Assembly (NCBI GenBank): GCA_017856205.1
Contig: JAFMFL010000001.1
Location: forward strand, 1-53,331
Source of the DNA: Flavobacteriaceae bacterium
GTDB taxonomy: Bacteria; Bacteroidota; Bacteroidia; Flavobacteriales; Flavobacteriaceae
Length of the DNA: 53,331 nt
Direction of reading: 5' to 3'
In this document: positions 20,532 to 28,887 of the stretch, piece by piece
How the letters are laid out: every line of letters starts with the position of its first letter
Numbering within the stretch: the stretch's first letter is position 1
Notes under the pieces: generated by a model
What the model saw: the letters and a program-made list of their open reading frames with translations, nothing else
What the model was told of the DNA's origin: nothing
Databases searched by the model: none
Program-made: the position numbers and the translations under genes

Positions 20532-21139
20532 AAATTATTTGCGTCGGGAGAAATTATGCAGCACATATAGACGAGTTGGATAATACCCGTCCCGATGAGC
20601 CTGTGATTTTTATGAAGCCCGATACCGCCATTGCGCAATCTAACCTTCCGTTTTTTATTCCTGAATTTTCCAACGAAGTGCATCACGAACTGGAAGTTTT
20701 GGTTAGAATTAACCGAATTGGAAAACATATCCAATCCAAATTTGCACATAAATACTATAACGAAATTGGTTTAGGTATTGATTTTACTGCTCGTGATCTG
20801 CAACAAAAACTTAAGACTAGCGGACTGCCTTGGGAAAAAGCAAAGGCATTTGACGGTTCGGCGGTGGTGGGAAAATGGTTTGATAAATCAGCCTTTGGCG
20901 ACTTGACAAGCATCTCTTTTTCACTTCACAAAAACGGCTCCGTTGTGCAAGAAGCCAATACAAGTTTAATGCTTTGGAGTATAGACGAAATCATTGCGCA
21001 TGTATCCCAATATTTTACCTTAAAAATTGGCGACATTTTGTTTACGGGAACGCCTGCTGGCGTAGGTCCTGTTGCAAAAAATGATTCCTTGGAAGGGTTT
21101 TTAGATGGGCACAAAGCCTTTTCAGTTATTGTTAAATAG
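20528..21139 (+). CDS. Fumarylacetoacetate hydrolase family protein
   Basis: 203 aa with a FAH-fold C-terminal block (HELEV...GIDFTARD...GDILFTGTPAGVGPV). It overlaps the upstream gene by 4 nt. Confidence 0.85.
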   Translation: MKIICVGRNYAAHIDELDNTRPDEPVIFMKPDTAIAQSNLPFFIPEFSNEVHHELEVLVRINRIGKHIQSKFAHKYYNEIGLGIDFTARDLQQKLKTSGLPWEKAKAFDGSAVVGKWFDKSAFGDLTSISFSLHKNGSVVQEANTSLMLWSIDEIIAHVSQYFTLKIGDILFTGTPAGVGPVAKNDSLEGFLDGHKAFSVIVK

Positions 21140-22381
21140 ATGCGAGCAGATATCATAACTATTGGCGATGAGATACTTATTGGGCAAATTGTGGACACTA
21201 ATGCTGCTTTTCTTGGCAAAGCGCTTAACAAAATTGGCGTTGAAGTATGCCAAATACGTTCTATCTCGGATAATAAAACGGCCATAATCGAGGCGTTTAC
21301 TGAAGCGCAAAACAACGTGGACTTGGTGGTCATGACAGGCGGTTTAGGACCTACCAAAGACGATATCACCAAACATACATTATGCGAATATTTTAATGAC
21401 ACTTTGAAGTTTTACCCCGAAGTGATGGCGCATATTGAAGAATTATTTCAAAAGTATGTGAAGGCACCTGTCAATGATTTAAACAGATTACAAGCCATGT
21501 TGCCCTCTAAATGTACGCAACTATTCAACCCCCATGGCACTGCCATGGGCATGTGGATGCAAAAGGAAAACACTGTTTTTGTATCGCTCCCCGGAGTGCC
21601 GTTTGAAATGAAGTACTTGGTTCTTGAACAGCTTATTCCACGCATAAAAGAAACCTTTCCGCTTCCTGCGTTGGCGCATAAAACCATGATGACTTACGGA
21701 TTGGGGGAAAGTATTATTGCTGAAAAAATTGCCGATTGGGAACAGTCACTTCCACAGCATATCAAATTGGCGTATTTGCCCAATTTAGGGCGTGTTCGCT
21801 TACGTTTGTCCGCTAAAGGAACGGATGAAATCAAATTGCTCAACGAAATAGATACTTTTTTTGATGCGCTTTACCCACTTATCGGTGATCATATTACGGG
21901 ATTTGAGTCTGAAGAATCCATAGAACTACAAATTGGCAATGCCCTAAAGACAAAACATTGGACGCTTGCTACCGCTGAAAGCTGCACAGGTGGCGCTTTG
22001 GCAGCCTTGTTTACCAAAAACGCAGGTGCTTCCGCTTATTTTAAGGGTTCGGTGGTAAGTTATGCTACGGATTTAAAACAATCTATTTTGGGTGTTTCAG
22101 CAGAAACTATTGCAAAGCATACTGTTGTAAGCGAGCCTGTTGCGCTAGCCATGGCGAGGGGAGTTTTGCTCATAACAGGTGCTCATGTTGCCGTAGCTAC
22201 TACAGGAAATTTTGGACCAACCATAGGCGATGCCGATGCCGAAATTGGAACCGTTTGTATTGCGATAATTACGCCAGAACAGGAATTTTCAGAAACCTTT
22301 TGTTTTGGCAAACACCGTGAGCGGAACCTCCAAAAAACATTGAATAAAGCATTGGAGATGTTGCTCAAGACACTTGATTAA
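21140..22381 (+). CDS. cinA: Competence/damage-inducible protein CinA (MoCF domain plus NMN deamidase domain)
   Basis: The N-terminus IITIGDEILIGQIVDTNA...TGGLGPTKDD and the C-terminal PncC-type TAESCTGG block are present. The length of 413 aa is typical. Confidence 0.88.
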   Translation: MRADIITIGDEILIGQIVDTNAAFLGKALNKIGVEVCQIRSISDNKTAIIEAFTEAQNNVDLVVMTGGLGPTKDDITKHTLCEYFNDTLKFYPEVMAHIEELFQKYVKAPVNDLNRLQAMLPSKCTQLFNPHGTAMGMWMQKENTVFVSLPGVPFEMKYLVLEQLIPRIKETFPLPALAHKTMMTYGLGESIIAEKIADWEQSLPQHIKLAYLPNLGRVRLRLSAKGTDEIKLLNEIDTFFDALYPLIGDHITGFESEESIELQIGNALKTKHWTLATAESCTGGALAALFTKNAGASAYFKGSVVSYATDLKQSILGVSAETIAKHTVVSEPVALAMARGVLLITGAHVAVATTGNFGPTIGDADAEIGTVCIAIITPEQEFSETFCFGKHRERNLQKTLNKALEMLLKTLD

Positions 22382-22382
22382 G

Positions 22383-22442
22383 TTATTAGTAAAGAAGTTA
22401 ATAGTTAATAGTATTGACCCATTTCCGTTTTTACTAATAACC
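22383..22442. repeat. 12-bp perfect inverted repeat directly after the cinA stop
   Basis: GTTATTAGTAAA (22383-22394) and TTTACTAATAAC (22431-22442) are exact reverse complements separated by 36 nt. The arms are A/T-rich and no clean U-tract follows. Confidence 0.5.
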
Positions 22443-22521
22443 ATTTAGTATTCTTTTCTAAGTTTTTCTGGGGAGCTTGATAGCAGGTTAAGATTTGATA
22501 CAATAAATTTACAAATATTCT

Positions 22522-22550
22522 TTGTAACTCCCTTAAAAAGATTAAATTTG
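22522..22550 (+). promoter_or_regulatory. rpmB operon promoter
   Basis: TTG (22522-22524), 18-nt spacer, TAAATTTG (22543-22550), 21 nt before ATG 22572. Confidence 0.5.
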
Positions 22551-22571
22551 CAGCCTGTTAAAAAAGAAGTC

Positions 22572-22808
22572 ATGTCGAAAGTATGTGAATTAACGGGCAA
22601 AAAAGCGATGGTTGGAAACAACGTATCGCATGCCATGAACAAAACAAAGCGCAAGTTTGGCGCAAACCTTATCAAGAAGCGTTTCTATCTTGTAGAGGAA
22701 GACAAATGGATTACCCTAAAACTATCGACTTCGGCGTTAAAAACGATTAACAAAAAAGGGCTTTCAGCGGTGATTAAAGAAGCACGCGCTCAAGGTCTAA
22801 TTAAATAA
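22572..22808 (+). CDS. rpmB: 50S ribosomal protein L28
   Basis: The start is set at ATG 22572 ([27 protein letters not shown]), the conserved bL28 N-terminus. 78 aa. Confidence 0.93.
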   Translation: MSKVCELTGKKAMVGNNVSHAMNKTKRKFGANLIKKRFYLVEEDKWITLKLSTSALKTINKKGLSAVIKEARAQGLIK

Positions 22809-22816
22809 GGCACGTC

Positions 22817-22999
22817 ATGGCTAAAAAAGGAAATCGCGTTCAGGTTATTTTGGAATGCACCGAGCATAAAGACTCTGGTCTTGCAGGTACGTCGCGCTAT
22901 ATCACGACGAAAAACAAAAAGAATACGCCAGATCGTATTGAAATTAAAAAATTTAACCCGATTCTTAAGCGAATGACGGTTCACAAAGAAATTAAGTAA
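22817..22999 (+). CDS. rpmG: 50S ribosomal protein L33
   Basis: 60 aa, [18 protein letters not shown]...[20 protein letters not shown], typical of bL33. Confidence 0.93.
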   Translation: MAKKGNRVQVILECTEHKDSGLAGTSRYITTKNKKNTPDRIEIKKFNPILKRMTVHKEIK

Positions 23000-23001
23000 T
23001 T

Positions 23002-23154
23002 ATGGCAAAGAAAACCGTAGCAACCTTACAAACGAAATCAAAGCGTCTTACCAAAGCCATCAAGATGGTGCGTAGCGACAAGTCGGGCGCATATACTTTT
23101 GTGGAAACCATTTTAGAACCAGAATTGGTGAACGATTGGTTAGCGAAAAAGTAA
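23002..23154 (+). CDS. DUF4295-family small basic protein (50 aa), absent from the supplied ORF track
   Basis: I translated it by hand as MAKKTVATLQTKSKRLTKAIKMVRSDKSGAYTFVETILEPELVNDWLAKK, ending in TAA at 23152-23154. It starts 2 nt after rpmG and is followed by a terminator. It matches my recollection of the DUF4295 proteins that follow rpmG in Bacteroidota. Confidence 0.7.
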   Translation: MAKKTVATLQTKSKRLTKAIKMVRSDKSGAYTFVETILEPELVNDWLAKK

Positions 23155-23176
23155 TTTAATCCATATTAAATGACAT

Positions 23177-23202
23177 AAAAGCCACTTTTTGTGGCTTTTT
23201 TT
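23177..23202 (+). terminator. Intrinsic terminator ending the rpmB-rpmG-DUF4295 operon
   Basis: AAAAGCCAC (23177-23185), TTTTT loop, GTGGCTTTT (23191-23199), then further T residues. Confidence 0.75.
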
Positions 23203-23214
23203 ATATCCAAAACG

Positions 23215-23222
23215 TACCTTTA
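23215..23222 (+). promoter_or_regulatory. Near-consensus -7 box TACCTTTA for ftsY
   Basis: 7 of 8 positions match TAnnTTTG (the last G is an A). It lies 4 nt before ATG 23227. Confidence 0.3.
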
Positions 23223-23226
23223 TCAC

Positions 23227-24156
23227 ATGGGATTCTTTAGCAAATCTTCGGACCAACTACAGACAGGGTTAGCTGCCACAAAGCGCGCTTGGACGCAACG
23301 CTTAAAAAAGGCGGTGCTGGGGCGCAGTAGCGTTGACGCAGACCTTTTGGAGGAATTAGAAGAGGTGCTGTTGATGTCGGATGTAGGCGTATCTACCACC
23401 CAAAAAATCATGGATCAACTTGAGAAACGTGTTTCTAAAGAAAAATACCTCAATGTATCCGAATTAGACAAGCTCTTGTACGATGAGATGGTAACGCTAT
23501 TAACAGCATCTCAATCTTCACAAAATATCAGTACTGACGAACTTCAAGTCATATTGGTAGTAGGAGTAAATGGCGCAGGAAAAACGACCTCCATTGGCAA
23601 ACTGGCGCATAGATATAAAAGTGAAGGAAAAAGCGTCATGTTGGCTGCTGCTGACACTTTTAGAGCAGGTGCCGTAGCGCAATTGCGCTTGTGGTCTGAA
23701 CGTGTAGATGTGCCACTTGTAGAGCTCCAAGAAGGAAGTGACCCTGCATCGGTAGCCTATACTGCGGTAGAGCGGGCTAAAAAAGAACAAATGAATGTGC
23801 TACTAATAGACACCGCAGGGCGTTTACATAACAACACCAATCTTATGCAGGAATTAGCTAAAATTCAACGTGTTGTGCAAAAAATAATCCCCGAGGCACC
23901 TCATGAAGTACTACTTGTTTTAGATGGAGGAACAGGACAAAACGCCTTTGCTCAGGCAAAGCAATTTGCTGAAGCAACTGCTGTATCAGGACTTATTTTG
24001 ACCAAACTTGACGGCACTGCCAAAGGGGGAGTGGTCATTGGAATTTCAGACGAGTTAGAAGTTCCCATACAATATATTGGCGTAGGTGAAGGTGTTGAGG
24101 ATTTATTGACTTTTGATGCAAAAGAATTCTTAGATTCCTTGTTCGAAAAAGATTAA
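23227..24156 (+). CDS. ftsY: Signal recognition particle receptor FtsY
   Basis: The start is set at ATG 23227. SRP GTPase motifs GVNGAGKTTSIGKLA, DTAGRLH and LTKLDGTAKGG are present. The GTG-extended track ORF begins inside the upstream terminator stem. Confidence 0.92.
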   Translation: MGFFSKSSDQLQTGLAATKRAWTQRLKKAVLGRSSVDADLLEELEEVLLMSDVGVSTTQKIMDQLEKRVSKEKYLNVSELDKLLYDEMVTLLTASQSSQNISTDELQVILVVGVNGAGKTTSIGKLAHRYKSEGKSVMLAAADTFRAGAVAQLRLWSERVDVPLVELQEGSDPASVAYTAVERAKKEQMNVLLIDTAGRLHNNTNLMQELAKIQRVVQKIIPEAPHEVLLVLDGGTGQNAFAQAKQFAEATAVSGLILTKLDGTAKGGVVIGISDELEVPIQYIGVGEGVEDLLTFDAKEFLDSLFEKD

Positions 24157-24158
24157 TT

Positions 24159-25802
24159 ATGACAAGATTAGCATTATTACTTTCATTGTTTATGTTGGCA
24201 TCATGCTCACAGCCCTCTAAGCTGTATTGGCAGCCCTATGATGAAACTGAGGAAATCAATCAAAACGCAGACCACGAAAATCCTAGAATGCGCTATAAGT
24301 TGGTTCAGTCTAAATTTTTAGATAAAAACGCTCTTTGGTCTCCTTTCGAGAAAGAACTGGATAGGTTTGGAGAACAAAAATACGAAGCGTTAAAACCCTT
24401 TATTCTTGAACAAGATATACCCACTATTCAAAGCCATGTCTCTGTGGGGAATTTATCTTATGAAGAATTGGTTACTTTTTATTTGTACAGGATTCGTCTT
24501 TTTGAATCTAACCCTGAAACGACGCTTCATGCTATTCTCGCCTTAAACCCTGATGTTATTAAGGAGGCAAGAATTAAAGATAAAGAAAGGGATAGTGCAA
24601 CACACCCCATTTATGGTATGCCCATACTTTTGAAAGACAATATTAATACCTCCAATATGCCTACTACGGCGGGTGCTGCAATTTTGGAAAACCATACCCC
24701 TGAAAAAGACGCTTTTGTGGTAGGTCAACTCAAGAAAAAAGGGGCGCTGATTCTTGGAAAAGTAAACTTAAGCGAATGGGCGTATTATTTTTGCGAAGGC
24801 TGTCCGTTGGGTTATAGTGCTATTGGCGGGCAAACGCTAAATCCTTATGGAAGAAAAATTTTTGAGACAGGTGGTTCAAGTTCAGGCAGTGGGGTAGCAG
24901 TTGCTGCAAATTATGCCGTAGCCGCCTTGGGATCTGAAACTTCGGGTTCAATATTATCTCCATCGAGTAAAAATGCTGTGGTTGGGGTTAAGCCAACCAT
25001 TGGGTTGGTTAGCCGAACAGGAATTGTTCCTATTTCTAGTACCTTAGATACCTCCGGTCCTATGACAAAAAACGTAACGGATAACGCGATATTATTAGAC
25101 GCTATAGAAGGACCAGATGAAAAAGATTCCATTACGCTTTCAGTTTCAAGGGGAGATGCATTTATGGGAGCCACAACACTAACAGCATTAAAAGGTATTC
25201 GATTGGGCGCATTTGAGTCTTTAGTCAATTCAGATTCGTTGTATACCAATGCTATTGCTGACCTTGAAAAAGCAGGTGCTGTAATTGTTAAAATAAATGC
25301 AGAGAGCGTTAGTCTTTCAGGTTTTATAAAAATTCTAGATGGGGACATGAAACGTGATATACCAGCGTATTTTACATCCAATTCGAATACTAAGTATGCA
25401 AATTTGGACGTAGAGCAAATCATTGATTTTAATTCATCGGACAGCCTTTTGTATATGCCCTACAGTCAAGAAAGATTAGATGGAGTACAATCTGATACTC
25501 AGTCCATAGAGGCTTTAAATCAAGTTAAAAACCGCTTAAATAAAAGCGCCTCTAACTTTTTTGAAGCGCCTATTAAAGCACATAAATTAGATGCAGTTTT
25601 ATCTATAAATAACAACCATGCATCATATGCTGCTATTGCTTTCTATCCCTGCCTAGCGGTTCCGATGGGATATTATAAAGATGGGAAGCCTGCAAGCCTA
25701 ACATTAATTGCTCCCAGCTTTAGCGAAGCAAAATTATTGTCTATGGCTGCGGCTTATGAGCAAATTACCAAACATCGTAAACCTCCAAAAGGGTACAATT
25801 AA
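24159..25802 (+). CDS. Amidase-signature family enzyme with lipoprotein signal peptide
   Basis: The N-terminus MTRLALLLSLFMLASC carries a lipobox L-A-S-C. The amidase signature GGSSSGSGVAVA is present, with a KDN.. Lys upstream. Confidence 0.85.
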   Translation: MTRLALLLSLFMLASCSQPSKLYWQPYDETEEINQNADHENPRMRYKLVQSKFLDKNALWSPFEKELDRFGEQKYEALKPFILEQDIPTIQSHVSVGNLSYEELVTFYLYRIRLFESNPETTLHAILALNPDVIKEARIKDKERDSATHPIYGMPILLKDNINTSNMPTTAGAAILENHTPEKDAFVVGQLKKKGALILGKVNLSEWAYYFCEGCPLGYSAIGGQTLNPYGRKIFETGGSSSGSGVAVAANYAVAALGSETSGSILSPSSKNAVVGVKPTIGLVSRTGIVPISSTLDTSGPMTKNVTDNAILLDAIEGPDEKDSITLSVSRGDAFMGATTLTALKGIRLGAFESLVNSDSLYTNAIADLEKAGAVIVKINAESVSLSGFIKILDGDMKRDIPAYFTSNSNTKYANLDVEQIIDFNSSDSLLYMPYSQERLDGVQSDTQSIEALNQVKNRLNKSASNFFEAPIKAHKLDAVLSINNNHASYAAIAFYPCLAVPMGYYKDGKPASLTLIAPSFSEAKLLSMAAAYEQITKHRKPPKGYN

Positions 25803-25804
25803 CT

Positions 25805-27121
25805 ATGCGAACTAAATCAGCAAAAAAGAATAAAATCAACGTGGTTACACTTGGATGTTCCAAAAACATCTACGATTCAGAGGTGCTGATGGGGCAGTTG
25901 AAAGCCAGTGACAAAGAGGTGGTTCATGAACAGCTAGGCAATATCGTCGTGGTGAATACCTGTGGTTTTATTGATAATGCCAAGGAGGAATCGGTAAATA
26001 CGATACTGAATTTTGCAGAACAAAAAGAACAGGGACTCATCGATAAATTATTTGTAACCGGTTGTTTAAGTGAGCGCTATAAACCCGAGTTAGAAGCCGA
26101 AATCCCAAATGTGGACGAATATTTTGGCACAACAGATTTACCGCTCTTACTCAAAGCGTTAGGCGCAGACTACCGTCATGAGCTACTTGGCGAACGCCTT
26201 ACGACTACACCCAAAAACTATGCATATCTAAAAATTTCTGAAGGTTGCGACCGACCGTGTTCGTTTTGCGCTATTCCGCTTATGCGCGGGGCACATCGCT
26301 CAAAACCCATCGAGGACTTGGTTGAGGAAGCCAACGGGCTTGCCAAAAACGGCGTAAAAGAACTGATTATCATTGCACAAGACTCTACCTATTACGGTTT
26401 GGACTTGTACAAAAAACGGCGATTGGCAGATTTGCTCAAAGCCTTGGCACAGGTGGAGGGTATTGTTTGGATACGCTTGCACTACGCCTTTCCAACCGGC
26501 TTTCCAGAAGATGTATTGGAAGTGATAGCTAGTGAGCCAAAAGTATGTTCTTATATTGATATTCCTCTACAACATATTTCAGATCCTATTTTACGCTCTA
26601 TGCGGCGTGGAACTACGCAAGAAAAAACCACGACCTTGCTCAAAAAATTTAGAAATGCTGTTCCAGAAATGGCAATTCGAACATCCCTTATTTTGGGATA
26701 TCCCGGTGAGACTGAAGAGGACTTCGAATTGCTAAAATCTTGGGTAAAAGAAATGCGTTTTGAGCGATTAGGGTGCTTTCAGTACAGCCACGAGGAAAAT
26801 ACACACGCTCATTCGCTAGAAGACAATGTTCCTGCCGAAGTAAAACAGGCTAGAGTAAATGAACTTATGGAACTTCAAGCCCAAATTTCTTGGGAAAAAA
26901 ATCAAGCATTGATAGGAAAAACGTTAAAATGCGTTATCGATAGAAAAGAAGGGAACTTTTTTGTTGGACGCACCGAATTTGATTCCCCAGATGTGGATAA
27001 CGAAGTTTGGGTAGATGCACAACAGCACTACCTTAAGGTTGGCGATTTTGCCAACTTGACGATAACTTCTGCTCAGGATTTTGATTTACAGGCTGTCCCT
27101 GCCAACGTAGGATTGACCTAA
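25805..27121 (+). CDS. rimO: Ribosomal protein S12 methylthiotransferase RimO
   Basis: UPF0004 N-terminal domain (INVVTLGCSKNIYDSE), radical-SAM CDRPCSFC cluster motif and a C-terminal TRAM domain. The size of 438 aa is typical for RimO. Confidence 0.88.
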   Translation: MRTKSAKKNKINVVTLGCSKNIYDSEVLMGQLKASDKEVVHEQLGNIVVVNTCGFIDNAKEESVNTILNFAEQKEQGLIDKLFVTGCLSERYKPELEAEIPNVDEYFGTTDLPLLLKALGADYRHELLGERLTTTPKNYAYLKISEGCDRPCSFCAIPLMRGAHRSKPIEDLVEEANGLAKNGVKELIIIAQDSTYYGLDLYKKRRLADLLKALAQVEGIVWIRLHYAFPTGFPEDVLEVIASEPKVCSYIDIPLQHISDPILRSMRRGTTQEKTTTLLKKFRNAVPEMAIRTSLILGYPGETEEDFELLKSWVKEMRFERLGCFQYSHEENTHAHSLEDNVPAEVKQARVNELMELQAQISWEKNQALIGKTLKCVIDRKEGNFFVGRTEFDSPDVDNEVWVDAQQHYLKVGDFANLTITSAQDFDLQAVPANVGLT

Positions 27122-27145
27122 AATGCGTCAATTTCATACTTTAAC

Positions 27146-27153
27146 TACTTTTG
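27146..27153 (+). promoter_or_regulatory. -7 promoter box TACTTTTG for bshC
   Basis: Full TAnnTTTG match, 4 nt before GTG 27158. Confidence 0.4.
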
Positions 27154-27157
27154 TCTT

Positions 27158-28762
27158 GTGAAGTCAATAACATCTTCAGGGTATCCGTCGGGCGTGTATT
27201 CACCCTTAATGCAACGTTTGTTGCAATCAGATGAGGCATTGCTGCCTTTTCACAACGGACTGGTATCAACTTCGGAAGTCCAACAAATAGCGCAAAACAG
27301 AGTTGTTTCTTTTCCTAAAGAAAACCGAAAAATATTGGTTGATACTATACAAAACCAATATAAGCATCTTACACAAAAAGAGAAAGTTACAATTAACGTA
27401 AACCTTTTGAAAAAGCCCAATACGGTTACGATAACCACAGGGCATCAATTGAATATCTTCACCGGACCTTTGTTTTTTTGGTATAAGATTTTGGATGTTA
27501 TAAATACCGCTGAAAGGTTGCAACGGACAGACAGTTTACATCATTATGTTCCAGTTTTTTGGATGGCGTCTGAAGATCATGATTTTGAGGAAATCAATCA
27601 CTTTTTTTTGGGTGAGCAAAAAGTACGCTGGGATACCAAATCAGGTGGTCCTGTGGGACGAATGCGCACCGAAAATTTACATGAATTATATAGTCAATTG
27701 GAGCCGTATTGGAGCAAAAATCGGCATGGAAAAGAGCTGTTAAAATTATTTGCCGATTGTTATTTACAAGAAGATAATTTGGCCAATGCCACTCGAAAGC
27801 TGATGCACCAGCTTTTTGGAAAATATGGATTGATTGTTGTTGACGGAGATGATCATGCACTAAAATCACTTTTTTCGTCCATTATATCTAAAGAATTAAG
27901 AGCGCAAACAATACATAAATCGGTTGTGAAAACCGATACAGCCTTGTCAAAAGCAATACCTAACTACAAGCCACAGGTAAACCCCAGAGAAATCAATTTA
28001 TTCTATCTCCTTGATGATAAACGAACACGCATCGTAAAAAAGGGTAAAAACTACACGGCAGCAGAGGGGGAATACAATTGGGATTTATCTGCTTTAGAAG
28101 CTGAAATACACAACCATCCCGAGCGTTTTTCGCCCAATGCGCTAATGCGTCCGTTGTATCAAGAATGTGTTTTGCCAAACATAGCTTATGTTGGTGGAGG
28201 AGGCGAATTGGCGTATTGGCTACAGTTAAAAGCTGCTTTTGAGGTTTTTAATGTGCCGTATCCGCTTTTGCAACACCGATCTAGTTTGCTGTTGATGTCC
28301 GAAAAGCAAGTGAGAAAATGCACGAAACTTGAACTTTCATTACAAGATTTGTTTTTGCCAAAAGCGTCATTTATCAACAAGCGAGTGCGCCAAATTAGTG
28401 ATATCGATATTGATTTTTCTACACAACGAAATGAGTTGCTGCGCCAATTTGAAGATTTAAAAGCACTGGCCAAACAAACCGACGCTTCTTTTTTAGGTGC
28501 TGTTAATGCGCAAGAAAAAAAGCAACTCAAAGGATTAGACAAACTGGAAAAACGCTTGCTTAAGGCGCAGCGTATCAAACTTCAAGATGAAATCATCCGA
28601 GTTACTGATATCCGAAATGCACTGTTCCCTAACGATAAATTGCAAGAACGTATAGCGCATTTTTCTTCTTTTTTGACAGATAAAACCGTTGAGAAGTTTA
28701 CGGATGACTTAAAAAATGTGCTTGAGACAACTGCTAACGGGTTGCATGTTGTGCAGTATTAA
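27158..28762 (+). CDS. bshC: Bacillithiol biosynthesis cysteine-adding enzyme BshC
   Basis: 534 aa. The N-terminus (SGY.S..YS.L...L......LLPF.N) and overall length match my recollection of Flavobacteriia BshC. The only in-frame start near the conserved N-terminus is GTG 27158. Confidence 0.8.
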   Translation: MKSITSSGYPSGVYSPLMQRLLQSDEALLPFHNGLVSTSEVQQIAQNRVVSFPKENRKILVDTIQNQYKHLTQKEKVTINVNLLKKPNTVTITTGHQLNIFTGPLFFWYKILDVINTAERLQRTDSLHHYVPVFWMASEDHDFEEINHFFLGEQKVRWDTKSGGPVGRMRTENLHELYSQLEPYWSKNRHGKELLKLFADCYLQEDNLANATRKLMHQLFGKYGLIVVDGDDHALKSLFSSIISKELRAQTIHKSVVKTDTALSKAIPNYKPQVNPREINLFYLLDDKRTRIVKKGKNYTAAEGEYNWDLSALEAEIHNHPERFSPNALMRPLYQECVLPNIAYVGGGGELAYWLQLKAAFEVFNVPYPLLQHRSSLLLMSEKQVRKCTKLELSLQDLFLPKASFINKRVRQISDIDIDFSTQRNELLRQFEDLKALAKQTDASFLGAVNAQEKKQLKGLDKLEKRLLKAQRIKLQDEIIRVTDIRNALFPNDKLQERIAHFSSFLTDKTVEKFTDDLKNVLETTANGLHVVQY

Positions 28763-28876
28763 ACCTGTTATTTCACAGCATTTTTAATGTTTATAAATGG
28801 ATTCTCGCTAAAATTTTTAACATATTTACTGTTAAAAACTAATGCTAAAGCAATAATCACCAATAAAGTTTAATTG

Positions 28877-28884
28877 TATTTTTG
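28877..28884 (+). promoter_or_regulatory. -7 promoter box TATTTTTG for guaA
   Basis: Full TAnnTTTG match, 3 nt before ATG 28888. Confidence 0.45.
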
Positions 28885-28887
28885 CAT

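Noticed and set aside
20183-20749. 188-aa minus-strand ORF spanning the exonuclease/FAH junction. Similar antisense ORFs occur at 20926-21402, 24911-25423, 28186-28578, 29397-29849, 35274-35642, 37516-37821 and 48333-48671.
   Set aside because: Each is antisense to a confidently identified conserved gene, has no recognisable domain and lacks promoter or terminator signals.
23191-23226. GTG-initiated extension of ftsY.
   Set aside because: The GTG is the 3' arm of the rpmB-operon terminator stem. A near-consensus -7 box lies between it and ATG 23227.
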